A program made the translations under genes and the position numbers. DNA of 64,000 nucleotides from an uncultured Faecalibacterium sp. (GTDB taxonomy: Bacteria > Bacillota > Clostridia > Oscillospirales > Ruminococcaceae), in NCBI GenBank assembly GCA_963931455.1, contig OZ007013.1:2955457-3019456 (forward strand), in the 5' to 3' direction. The notes under the pieces are model-generated. The model made no database searches and had not been told where the DNA came from. It saw only the letters and a list, made by a program, of their open reading frames with translations. How positions within the stretch are numbered: the first letter of the stretch is position 1; each line of letters opens with the position of its first letter. Positions 53,351 through 62,722 of the stretch are shown in pieces.

Positions 53351-55039
53351 ATGAAGTATGTCATCGTTGGCGGAAACACGGGCGGCGCCGGCGCAGCGGC
53401 CCGGCTGCGGAGACTGGACGAGCAGGCCGAGATTCTGCTGCTGGAAAAGGGCGCTGCCGTTTCTTATTCCAACTGCAGCCTCCCCTATCGCCTGAGCGAG
53501 ACGGTGGACCAGACCGAGAAGCTGGTGCTCAACACCCCTGAATCCCTCCACAATGTCTACAACATCGAGACCCGGGCCCACAGCCAGGCTGTATCCATCG
53601 ACCGCGCCGAAAAAAAGGTGCACATCAAGGATCTGATGACCGGCCGGGAGTACGACGAAGCCTATGACACCCTCATCCTGGCCCCCGGCGCCAACGCCGT
53701 GGTCCCCCGGATTCAGGGCATCGAAAACGCCAACCTCTTCACCATCAAGACGGTGGCGGATATCAGCCGGTTTTATGGTTTCCTGAAGGAATCCGGCGCA
53801 AAGAAGGTCTCGGTGATCGGCGGCGGCTTCATCGGGGTGGAAACAGCCGTCAACCTGCGGGAGGCCGGCTATCAGGTAGCCCTGGTGGAGGCCATGGACC
53901 AGATTCTGAAGCCCTACGACTACGACATGGCCCAGATTCTCCAGAAAGCCATGATTGACCACGGCGTGGAGCTGGTGGTGGGCGACTCGGTGGTGGCCTT
54001 CCAGCAGTCCAACCTGCAGCTGAACTCGGGCCGGGTCATCGAAGGGGACGCCGTTGTGATGGCGGTGGGCGTCCGCCCTGACACCGCCCTGGCCGCCGAG
54101 GCCGGGCTGGAAATGAACGCCCGGGGCGCCATCCAGGTGGACCCCAACTACTGCACCAGTGATCCCAGCATTTATGCGGTGGGTGATGCAGTGGAGGTGT
54201 TCAATCCCCTGACCCGCAAGCCCGCCATGGTCCAGCTGGCCGGCCCGGCCCAGAAACAGGCCCGGCAGGCTGCCGACCACATCTACGGTCTGCCGGTGCG
54301 GAACACCGGCTTCATCGGGTCCAGCTGCATTCAGGTGTTTGAGTGGAACGCAGCCAGCACCGGCCTCACCGCCGCCCAGTGCCAGCAGGAGGGCATTCCC
54401 TACGACACCGTCTATGTCCTGCCCAAGGACCGGGTGGGCATCATGCCCGGCAGCACCCAGCTCCACTACAAGCTGATCTATGAGGTGCCCACCGGCAGGG
54501 TGCTGGGTGCCCAGGCCATTTCCAAGGGAGATGCTCCCAAGCGGATTGATGTGGCCGCCACTCTCATCAAGTTCGGCGGCACGGTGGATGACCTGCGGGA
54601 TCTGGAACTGTGCTATGCGCCTCCTTTCTCCGCCCCCAAGGACGCCGGCAACTATGCCGGCCTGGTGGCGGGCAACCTGCTGGCCCACCGGTTCCGCCAG
54701 GTCCATGTGGACCAGGTGCGTTCGCTGGTGGAGTCGGGCGCCTATATTCTGGATGTCCGTCCCCCTGAAATGTACAATCTGGGCCATCTGAAGACTTCGG
54801 TCAATATTCCCCTGGGCCAGCTTCGCTGCCGCCTGAATGAAATTCCCACCGACCGGCCGGTCTATGTCCACTGCCAGATTGGCCAGAGCAGCTACAATGC
54901 TGTGATGGCCCTGCAGGGCCACGGCTTCACCAACGTGTACAACGTGTCGGGCGGTTTCCTGGGCATCTGCAACTACGAATACTTCAACGATGTGACCCAG
55001 AAGCGGGACCCCATCGTCACCCACTACTGCTTCGGCTAA
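53351..55039 (+). CDS. cdr: CoA-disulfide reductase with C-terminal rhodanese domain
   Basis: Motifs SYSNCSLPY, GGGFIG.E, YAVGDA, CYAPPFS; rhodanese motif VHCQ.G. Confidence 0.88.
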   Translation: MKYVIVGGNTGGAGAAARLRRLDEQAEILLLEKGAAVSYSNCSLPYRLSETVDQTEKLVLNTPESLHNVYNIETRAHSQAVSIDRAEKKVHIKDLMTGREYDEAYDTLILAPGANAVVPRIQGIENANLFTIKTVADISRFYGFLKESGAKKVSVIGGGFIGVETAVNLREAGYQVALVEAMDQILKPYDYDMAQILQKAMIDHGVELVVGDSVVAFQQSNLQLNSGRVIEGDAVVMAVGVRPDTALAAEAGLEMNARGAIQVDPNYCTSDPSIYAVGDAVEVFNPLTRKPAMVQLAGPAQKQARQAADHIYGLPVRNTGFIGSSCIQVFEWNAASTGLTAAQCQQEGIPYDTVYVLPKDRVGIMPGSTQLHYKLIYEVPTGRVLGAQAISKGDAPKRIDVAATLIKFGGTVDDLRDLELCYAPPFSAPKDAGNYAGLVAGNLLAHRFRQVHVDQVRSLVESGAYILDVRPPEMYNLGHLKTSVNIPLGQLRCRLNEIPTDRPVYVHCQIGQSSYNAVMALQGHGFTNVYNVSGGFLGICNYEYFNDVTQKRDPIVTHYCFG

Positions 55040-55138
55040 CCCAATCAACAAAACAGCCCCCGCTTTGCCAGACAGGTTTCTGTCCGGCAGACGGGGGCTG
55101 TTTAAATTGCTATTGCCCGATCTGATGCTGCTTCAGGG

Positions 55139-56407
55139 TTAACCCTCCGCAAAATAGGCATTCTGGATGGCCAGCAGCACGCCGGCCCGGCTGGCCGTAA
55201 AGTTCAGGCCGCCCTGCAGATAGCAGGTATAGGGGGCCCGCATGGGGCCGTCGCAGCTCAGCTCGATGGTGCTGCCCTGGGTGAAGCTGCCGCTGGCCAT
55301 GATGACCTCATCGGTATAGCCCGGCTCGGGGCAGGGTTCCGGGGCGGCGTAGCTGTCCACCGGGCTGGCCGCCTGGATGCCCCGGCAGAAGCCCACCAGG
55401 GCGTCGGCCGTGCCGGCATCAAAGCAGGTCACAATGTCGTTGTGGCTGTCGCAGTAGCGGGGCACCGGCTTTTTGCCCACCAGCTCCAGCAGGCACTGGG
55501 CATAGATGGCGGTCTTGATGGCCTCGCAGACCACGCCGGGGGCATAGTAGAAGCCCATGTACATCTCCCGGGGGGTGTCCAGAGTGCAGCCCAGATCCTT
55601 GCCCAGGCCAGGGGCATTCAGGCGGTAGGCGCACTGTTCCACCAGGTCCCGCCGGCCCGCAATGTAGCCGCCGGTGGGGGCAATGCCGCCGCCGGGGTTC
55701 TTGATGAAGCTGCCGGCAATCAGGTCGGCCCCCACCTGGCAGGGCTCCTGGGTCTGGGTAAACTCGCCGTAGCAGTTGTCCACAAAGACGATGATCTTGG
55801 GGTTGGTGCTGCGGGCAGCCTCGGCCACCTTGCGGATGGTTTCCAGATCAAAGGCGTTTCGCTGCATATAGCCCCGGCTGCGCTGGATGTGGCAGACCCT
55901 GGCCCGGGGGGCTGCCGCCGCAATGGCTGCATAGTCGGGGGTGAAGTCCTCCTTCAGGGGCACTTCCTCGTAGTGGATGCCGTAGTCGGTGAGGGTGCCG
56001 GTACCTTTGCCCTTGCCCTCAATGCCGATGACCCCTTCCAGGGTATCATAGGGGCGGCCGGTGGCAGCCAGCAGGGTGTCCCCTGCCCGCAGCAGGCCGA
56101 ACAGGGCCACCGCCAGGGTGTGGGTGCCGCTCATGAACTGGCTGCGGACCAGGGCGTCCTCACAGCCCATGGCCTGGGCAAAGATCTGCTCCAGTTTGGC
56201 TCGGCCGGTATCCCACAGGCCGTAGCCGGTGGTACCCAGCATATCGGTGGAGGACATCTGATTGTCTGCAAAGGCCCGCAGCATTTTCAGCTGGTTGAAG
56301 TCCCGCACTTCCTCGGCCTGGCGGAAGTAGGGCGCACAGAGTTCCATGGCCTTCTGGTCCAGCTCCAGGACCTCGGGCTTATAGTCAAAAAAGCGTTCAA
56401 GCATCAT
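55139..56407 (-). CDS. Methionine gamma-lyase family (YnbB/aluminium-resistance) protein
   Basis: Motifs SGTH, QRSRGY, FVDNCYGEF, GSFIKNPGGG.APTGGY, GSF.QGSTIELS.D. Confidence 0.9.
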   Translation of the reverse strand: MMLERFFDYKPEVLELDQKAMELCAPYFRQAEEVRDFNQLKMLRAFADNQMSSTDMLGTTGYGLWDTGRAKLEQIFAQAMGCEDALVRSQFMSGTHTLAVALFGLLRAGDTLLAATGRPYDTLEGVIGIEGKGKGTGTLTDYGIHYEEVPLKEDFTPDYAAIAAAAPRARVCHIQRSRGYMQRNAFDLETIRKVAEAARSTNPKIIVFVDNCYGEFTQTQEPCQVGADLIAGSFIKNPGGGIAPTGGYIAGRRDLVEQCAYRLNAPGLGKDLGCTLDTPREMYMGFYYAPGVVCEAIKTAIYAQCLLELVGKKPVPRYCDSHNDIVTCFDAGTADALVGFCRGIQAASPVDSYAAPEPCPEPGYTDEVIMASGSFTQGSTIELSCDGPMRAPYTCYLQGGLNFTASRAGVLLAIQNAYFAEG

Positions 56408-57182
56408 TGGTTGTGTTGGTTTCCTTTCCTGTTTCGCCGGGCTGGCACCGGGCCAAAGCCCCAGCCTGCACAAAGCCCAGACGTCTGTATAAATGGACCC
56501 GCCGGGGGCTGCAAAGCAGGCTCACCCGCAGGCCCTCGGCGGCCAGAGCGGTGGCGGCAGCAGCAATCAGCCGCCCGCCGATGCCCCGGCCCCGCAGGGA
56601 TTCCGCTGCCTGTCCGCAGGCCAGATAGGCCTCCCCGCCCCAGAGGGCATAGGCCCCCACAGTGGCGGCAATCCGGTCCTGATCCATCAGGGCCCACACC
56701 CGGGCCAGCCCCCGGCTGCGCTTGGTGCACAGGGCCGAGTAGAAGTCATCCCGCTGTCGGGGCTGATGGGGATAGAGAAAATCCGCCAGAGGGCCCGGCC
56801 TGGGGTTCTGGTCCAGATGGAGCGCATTCCAGAGGTTTTCGTCCGCCGGGGGCACCGGCAGAGCCTGGCCCGGCTCCAGCACAAAGCAGGACATCTCCTC
56901 GGTCTGGCGCCACCCCGCCGGGATGGTGCCGCTGGTCACCAGGGACCGGCACCCGCAGAAGCCCAGAAAAGAGGCCAGTTCCTCAGGGTTGGCCCCGCCG
57001 GCGGCCAGAGCATCCTCTCCCCCCAGGTCCAGCGCCAGGGAGGGGCCGGCATAAAACCGGCCCGGCTGGCTGCGGCCAAAGAGGGCATGTTCTTCCTGCA
57101 GAAGTGCCCCCAGACAAGGCACGCCCCGGCAGGCGCGGCGGAATCGCTTGTTCCCTGCCGGGGTGTTGGCACGGGCAATCAC
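56397..57182 (-). CDS. GNAT-family acetyltransferase-like protein
   Basis: C-terminal motif A LRGRGIGGRL and LYRRLGF; overlaps both neighbours. Confidence 0.7.
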   Translation of the reverse strand: MIARANTPAGNKRFRRACRGVPCLGALLQEEHALFGRSQPGRFYAGPSLALDLGGEDALAAGGANPEELASFLGFCGCRSLVTSGTIPAGWRQTEEMSCFVLEPGQALPVPPADENLWNALHLDQNPRPGPLADFLYPHQPRQRDDFYSALCTKRSRGLARVWALMDQDRIAATVGAYALWGGEAYLACGQAAESLRGRGIGGRLIAAAATALAAEGLRVSLLCSPRRVHLYRRLGFVQAGALARCQPGETGKETNTTNDA

Positions 57183-58573
57183 AGCCCGTTTACAATCTGT
57201 TTGAAGTGACGGCCCCGGACCTCAAAGTTGGGGTAGACGTCAAAGGAAGCGCTGGCCGGCGAAAGGCTGACAATGTCGCCAGGCTTGGCGGCACCGCGGG
57301 CCAGGGCCACGGCCTCCTCCATGGTGTTGGCGTGAAGGATTTCCAGGCCGCTCTCAGCGAAGCCCTCTGCTTCCCGGACCGCTTTCTCGATGCGGGGGCC
57401 GGTGGCGCCCATCAGCACCAGCACCTTCACGTGGGCCAGGATCTCAGGGGCCAGGGGCTCATAGGGAATCTTCTTGTCGTAGCCGCCGGCAATCAGGATG
57501 ATCTTCTGGTCAAAGCTCCGCAGGCCTGCAATGGTGCGGGTGGGGCTGGTGGCAATGGAATCGTTGTAGTAAGTGACCCCGTCCAGCACCCGGACCGGCT
57601 CGATCCGGTGCTCCACGCCGGTGAAGGTGCTGCCCACCTTCTGGATGGCTTCCACCGGCACCCGGCCCCAGACAGCCGCGGCGGCGGCCAGCAGGTTCTC
57701 AATGTTGTGGAGACCCCGCAGCTTGACATCCTTCTGGGCCAGGAAGGGGGTCACCACACCGTGCTCTGCCATGCACAGCATGCCGTCGCTGCGCAGGAAA
57801 GCGCCGTTGTCGGTCTCCCGCAGGCGGGTGAACCAGACCTGCTCCCCTTTGCAGTCGGCCTGCATGGCCCGGGTGATGTCGTTCTCATAGCCCAGCACGG
57901 CCCGGCAGGGGGGCACCTGATGCAGCAGGATGTTCCGCTTGGCGTCGATGTACTCCTGCATATCCTTGTGGTGATCCAGGTGGTTGGGGGTCACGTTGGT
58001 GACCACAGCCACCTTGGGGCTCTTGCGCATGCTGATCAGCTGGAAGCTGGACAGCTCCACCACGGCCACATCATCGGGAGACACATCCGGCAGCATGGGC
58101 AGCAGGGCTGCGCCGATGTTGCCGCCCAGGTGCACCCGGCGGCCCGCCGCCTTGAAGAATTCACTGATCAGGGTGGTGGTGGTGGTCTTGCCGTCGCTGC
58201 CGGTCACCGCCACAATCTCGCAGGGGCAGAAATCAAAGAAGAGTTCCACCTCACTGGTCACCATGGTGCCCGCTGCAATGGCGTCCTGCAGGGGCTTCTG
58301 GTAAAATTCAAAGCCAGGGGTCCGCAGGATGATGTCCTGCCCCTTGAAGCCGTCCATGTAATTTTCACCCAGGCTCAGGTGGATGCCCAGGCGGCGGATG
58401 GTGTCGGCGTAGTCCCCGAAATCCTCCACCGAGTTCTTTTTATCACAGAGGGTCACTTCGGCCCCCAGACCCACAAACTCCTCAATCAGAGTCTTGTGGC
58501 TGACGCCTGCGCCGATGAAGGCGACCTTTTTCCCGCGTACCAGCGCGGCAAGCTGCTGCTGTTCCTTCTGCAT
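57179..58573 (-). CDS. murD: UDP-N-acetylmuramoyl-L-alanine:D-glutamate ligase
   Basis: Motifs VTGSDGKTTTT, GGNIG, ELSSFQL, HRIE, NDSIAT, SPASASFD. Confidence 0.95.
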   Translation of the reverse strand: MQKEQQQLAALVRGKKVAFIGAGVSHKTLIEEFVGLGAEVTLCDKKNSVEDFGDYADTIRRLGIHLSLGENYMDGFKGQDIILRTPGFEFYQKPLQDAIAAGTMVTSEVELFFDFCPCEIVAVTGSDGKTTTTTLISEFFKAAGRRVHLGGNIGAALLPMLPDVSPDDVAVVELSSFQLISMRKSPKVAVVTNVTPNHLDHHKDMQEYIDAKRNILLHQVPPCRAVLGYENDITRAMQADCKGEQVWFTRLRETDNGAFLRSDGMLCMAEHGVVTPFLAQKDVKLRGLHNIENLLAAAAAVWGRVPVEAIQKVGSTFTGVEHRIEPVRVLDGVTYYNDSIATSPTRTIAGLRSFDQKIILIAGGYDKKIPYEPLAPEILAHVKVLVLMGATGPRIEKAVREAEGFAESGLEILHANTMEEAVALARGAAKPGDIVSLSPASASFDVYPNFEVRGRHFKQIVNGL

Positions 58574-58902
58574 AATCGCAATTCCTCCTGGGGGCAGCCG
58601 CCCCCGATCTGTCATTCAATCAGACACACGGTCTATTATAGCCTTTTTCTCTCCGATTGGCAACGAAAATCCCAAAACAAAAGGGCAAAACCTGTTGTCT
58701 TTTCAACCCATTTCTGCTACACTTGACCCGGAACGGCAAGGAGGCGGTCCGAAACAGGGTCCCTCCACCCTGTTCTTCTTTTATGCGCAGGCCGGTTGTG
58801 CTAGACCGGGCCCTGCTTTTTCAGGCCCCGGGTCTATTCCCCGGGCCTTTGCCATAGAGTTTCAGTGCATGGCACTTGCTATAGATAGAAAGGATTTATC
58901 CC

Positions 58903-60471
58903 TTGAAACGTACCTTGATTCGATTTTTTGCTGCCTTTTTGACGGCAGCTTTGCTGCTGCCTCTGGCCGCCTGCACCAAAGGGTCGGGCGTCAACAGCTT
59001 TACCTGGTCTGTGGAGGAAATCCCCGCCAACCTGGACCCTCAGGTTGCCACTTCCTCGCAGGATGTGATCGCCTGCACCAACCTGTACAGCGGACTGGTG
59101 CGGCTGGACGCCGACGGCAACCCCCAGAATGAACTGTGCGAGGACTGGTCTGTCTCCTCCAACGGGCTGACCTATACCTTCCACCTGAAATCGGGGCTGA
59201 CCTACCAGGCCGCCGGCGGCGAGGCCACCGACTACGCCATCACCGCCGAGGATTTTGTCTATGCCTTCCAGCGGATGTTTTCCCCCGAGACCCAATCCCC
59301 CTATGCGGTGGAGTTTTCGGCCATTGAGGGCGCCGACACTGCCCTGGCAGGGCTCACCGACCCCACCCAGATCGGGGTCAAAGCCACCGACCCTCTGACC
59401 CTGGTTTTTACCCTGTCCGAGCCGGACGATGACTTCGTCAGCAAGCTGGCTCTGCCGGGTGCCATGCCCTGCGATGAGGACTTTTTCCTCAGCACCGGCG
59501 GCAGCTACGGCCTGACCAGTGACACCACCCTGTCCAGCGGGCCTTTTTATCTGTACAACTGGACTTCCAGCGGCCTGTTCCTCCGGCGGGAAGGCGGGGA
59601 CGGCCTGGTGGATTCCCTGCGTCTGGTCCAGAACACCGGCACGGTACAGAGCGCCCAGGACCTGATCCTCAACGAGCGCTGCACCGCCGCCCTGGACACC
59701 ACCAATGCCTCCACCAGCCTGCGGTCCATCAGCTATTCCGACACCACCTGGTGCCTGCTGTTCAACACCCAGAACACCGCCCTCGCCTGCACCGAACTGC
59801 GGCAGGCTCTGGCCTCCGGGGCACAGCAGGCCATGCCTCTGTCGGTGGACACCAGCATCTATTCCCCTGCTGCCGGCCTGGTGCCGGATGGGCTGTCGGT
59901 GGGCAGTGTGGACTACCGGGAAACCGCCGGTAACCCCACCCCCACCCTGGGCAGCGCCTACACCCTCTACCGGACCGCCCGGCAGACGGTTACCAGCGCT
60001 GACCTGATGGGCATCACACTGCTGCTGCCCAAGGACGCCGGGCTGACGGCGGCAGCGGAGGCCATCAACAGCGTCTGGCAGCGGGAGCTCTCCCTCTTCT
60101 TCTCGGTGGAAGAGGTGGATCAGGAGGACTTTGAAACCCGGATGGCGGATGGCGACTACACCATCGCCATTGCGCCGGTGACCTGCACCGACGGCAGCGT
60201 CTACAGCTTCCTGCAGAACTTCTCAGCCGACGGGCTGTGCCATTACAGTGACCCCACATATCAGGCTCTGCTGGACCAGAGCGTCACCGCCAGCGACAGC
60301 ACTGCCCGCTGCCATCTGCTGGCCCAGTGTGAGCGCCAGCTGCTGGAATCCTGTGCCGTGGTTCCCCTTTTCGCCCAGCAGAAGCGTCTGCTGCTGGCCG
60401 ACGGGGTGGATGGGCTGATCTTCGACCCCTATGGGCCTGTGCTGGATCTCACCTGGACCACCAAGCAGTAA
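58903..60471 (+). CDS. Family 5 (OppA-like) substrate-binding lipoprotein, orphan
   Basis: Lipobox LAAC; motifs NLDPQ, YTFHL, ITAEDFVYAFQR. Confidence 0.85.
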   Translation: MKRTLIRFFAAFLTAALLLPLAACTKGSGVNSFTWSVEEIPANLDPQVATSSQDVIACTNLYSGLVRLDADGNPQNELCEDWSVSSNGLTYTFHLKSGLTYQAAGGEATDYAITAEDFVYAFQRMFSPETQSPYAVEFSAIEGADTALAGLTDPTQIGVKATDPLTLVFTLSEPDDDFVSKLALPGAMPCDEDFFLSTGGSYGLTSDTTLSSGPFYLYNWTSSGLFLRREGGDGLVDSLRLVQNTGTVQSAQDLILNERCTAALDTTNASTSLRSISYSDTTWCLLFNTQNTALACTELRQALASGAQQAMPLSVDTSIYSPAAGLVPDGLSVGSVDYRETAGNPTPTLGSAYTLYRTARQTVTSADLMGITLLLPKDAGLTAAAEAINSVWQRELSLFFSVEEVDQEDFETRMADGDYTIAIAPVTCTDGSVYSFLQNFSADGLCHYSDPTYQALLDQSVTASDSTARCHLLAQCERQLLESCAVVPLFAQQKRLLLADGVDGLIFDPYGPVLDLTWTTKQ

Positions 60472-60482
60472 CCTTTATAACA

Positions 60483-60517
60483 AAAGAGCTTCGCCCCTGA
60501 TGAGGCGAAGCTCTCTT
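60483..60517. terminator. Bidirectional terminator
   Basis: AAAGAGCTTCGCC...GGCGAAGCTCTCTTT hairpin. Confidence 0.75.
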
Positions 60518-60529
60518 TATGTCATAACA

Positions 60530-60946
60530 TTACATTTCCTTCTCATAGCGGAACCGCCAATAGAGGGCGCAGCCCTGCACCAGCAGGTAGACCAGGACCA
60601 GCACTAATATGGCAGCCGTTTGCACCCGCATTACAGCAAAGGAAACGATCAGGGCGCCAAAGGCATAGGTCATCATATCATAGGCCTTCCCTTTGGCCCG
60701 GCTTGCAATGGCGATGTTCCGCTCGTCTTTTTGGACAATTTCCAGCTGCCGGCGGAGCTCGGGGCTGTCCCGGAGGGCCCGCCGGGACACCAGCTCACCG
60801 GTGCCCTGGCCAAACAGCCCTGCACCAATCCCGATGCAGAGGTAAGGCCAGGGGGAATTTGACCCGCTCTGGCCCCAGCTCAGGGCCATCAGCAGCAGGC
60901 CCAGCGCTGCCATCACAGCAACCAGCCAAGTTTTATACGCTTTCAT
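60530..60946 (-). CDS. DUF2178-like membrane protein
   Basis: Motif DERN..I..RAK..AY between TM helices. Confidence 0.7.
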   Translation of the reverse strand: MKAYKTWLVAVMAALGLLLMALSWGQSGSNSPWPYLCIGIGAGLFGQGTGELVSRRALRDSPELRRQLEIVQKDERNIAIASRAKGKAYDMMTYAFGALIVSFAVMRVQTAAILVLVLVYLLVQGCALYWRFRYEKEM

Positions 60947-60961
60947 GCTTTGTCCCCTCCC

Positions 60962-61384
60962 TCACATCCGCTTTTCCAGAATGCGGAAGATCACAACCCC
61001 GATGGCCCACTGGAAAACCGTCAGCAGGAACACCAGCAGAATCACCCAGGCATCTGCCCGGATCAGGGCCAGAACCAGCGCCACCAGAAATAAAAGCACC
61101 AGCATGATCTGGTAGGCAATGTGCCCTGCTTTCATCCGCAGAAACTGTTTGCGCTCGTCCACCGCGTTGATGTGGGCCTCCTGCTGCCGGGCCTGGTATG
61201 CGGCCCGGCGCTGGGGCGCCTGCCAGTAAATCACCCGCAGCAGATGCACCATCCCTGCCCATACCAGGCCAAACCCGGCGGCAAACACCATGGTGTTGTA
61301 GTAATCCACAGGCATCACCCAGCCTGCTGCCATCAGCACCACCCCCACTGCGATGTCAACCAGAAACGGAATTCTCTCTTTCAT
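60962..61384 (-). CDS. DUF2178-like membrane protein
   Basis: Motif DERK..LRMKAG..AY between TM helices. Confidence 0.7.
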   Translation of the reverse strand: MKERIPFLVDIAVGVVLMAAGWVMPVDYYNTMVFAAGFGLVWAGMVHLLRVIYWQAPQRRAAYQARQQEAHINAVDERKQFLRMKAGHIAYQIMLVLLFLVALVLALIRADAWVILLVFLLTVFQWAIGVVIFRILEKRM

Positions 61385-61587
61385 GGCTTCTCCTCCTCTT
61401 CATAGATGAAGATATCCTCGATGGTCAGCCCGAAGTATCGCGCAATCTTGAATGCCAGCAGAATGGACGGGTTGTACCGCCCGTTTTCCAGCGAGCCGAT
61501 GGTCTGACGGGATACTTCCAGGGCGTTGGCCAGCTCTTCCTGCCGGATGCCGCGGGCCTTCCGCAGCTCTTCCAGACGGTTTTTCAT
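61381..61587 (-). CDS. Small XRE/Cro HTH regulator
   Basis: Motifs MKNRLEELR, SRQTI.SLENGRYNPS. Confidence 0.9.
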   Translation of the reverse strand: MKNRLEELRKARGIRQEELANALEVSRQTIGSLENGRYNPSILLAFKIARYFGLTIEDIFIYEEEEKP

Positions 61588-61732
61588 CCCCTGCCTCCTT
61601 TCTGAATGGAAAGTTTCCTTTCCACAATTCCAGTATAACAGATTCCCGCAAAATGTCAAGCGTGCTTTCCATTTCGTTCAGTCCCATGGGATGGCGGCCT
61701 CTTTTTTGGGCTGCTGATCGAAAAACATTGCC

Positions 61733-61815
61733 TTGATACGGGCTCACCATGTCTTTATAATAGATTGCAGAAACAGGGCACCGGCGCCTTTTGGCGCCGG
61801 CGCCCTGTTTTTGTG
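61733..61815 (+). promoter_or_regulatory. Sigma-A promoter plus leader terminator with an overlapping hexaloop hairpin
   Basis: TTGATA-17-TATAAT; hairpin GGC-ACCGGC-GCC lies within the 5' arm of an 18-bp stem followed by a T-tract. Confidence 0.6.
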
Positions 61816-61832
61816 TTAAGGAGGACTTTTGG

Positions 61833-62678
61833 ATGGACGACCTGATCCGACATGAAAAACAGATCAATCATCAGCTGGCGCGCTATGGCGTCAAATTCGG
61901 CATTTATAAGGACGGTACCTTTCACGAGCGGCTTTTCCCGTTTGACACCATTCCCCGCATCATCACGGCCCAGGAATGGGAGCAGCTGGAAAAGGGCCTT
62001 TCCCAGCGGGTAACGGCCCTGAACCTGTTTCTGAAAGACATCTACGGCAAAAAGCAGATTCTAGCCGACGGCATTGTACCGGAGGATTTTGTCTACCGTT
62101 CCCCCGGCTATCTGCCCCAGTGCGAAGGGATCACCCCGCCGGGCGGCATCTACAGCCACATTTCCGGCATCGACCTGGTCAAGGGCAAGGACGGCGTGTG
62201 GTACATCCTGGAGGACAACTTGCGGATTCCCTCGGGCGCTTCCTATCCCCTGATCGCCCGGGAGCTGTGCCGCCGGTGCAGCCCCGATACCTTCCGCCAC
62301 AACCACATTGTGGATAACCGCCAGTACGGTCAGCTGCTGCGCCAGACCATGGACAGCGTCAGCACCGGCGGCATCAACGTGGTGTTTACCCCGGGGCGGT
62401 ACAATGCGGCTTACTTTGAGCACTCCTACCTGGCAGAACAGTCGGGCGCTGTGCTGGCAGAGGCCGGCGACCTGTATGTGCGGGACAGCGTGGTGTATTA
62501 CCGCTCGATCCACGGGGACCAGCGGGTGGGCGCTCTGTACCGCCGGGTTTCGGATGAGTACATGGATCCCCTGTGCTTTGAGCCCAGTTCGCTGATCGGC
62601 ATCCCCAACCTGATGACCGCCTATCGGGCGGGCAATGTAGCGGTGCTGAACGCCTTCGGCAACGGCGCGAGAATGTGA
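61833..62678 (+). pseudogene. Circularly permuted type-2 ATP-grasp protein, C-terminally truncated
   Basis: Motifs ER.FPFD.IPRII, L.KGL.QR..ALN.FL.DIY, GIDL, LEDNLRIPSG.SY, FEHSYLA; stops just after NA.GNG. Confidence 0.75.
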
Positions 62679-62722
62679 GGACCGTCCTTCCCGGCCGTGC
62701 GTCGGAAAGGACGGTTTTGTTT

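Noticed and set aside
58680-58760. c-di-GMP-I riboswitch suggested by GGGCAAAACC
   Set aside because: Lacks the GNRA tetraloop and the following GACGCAAAGC element.
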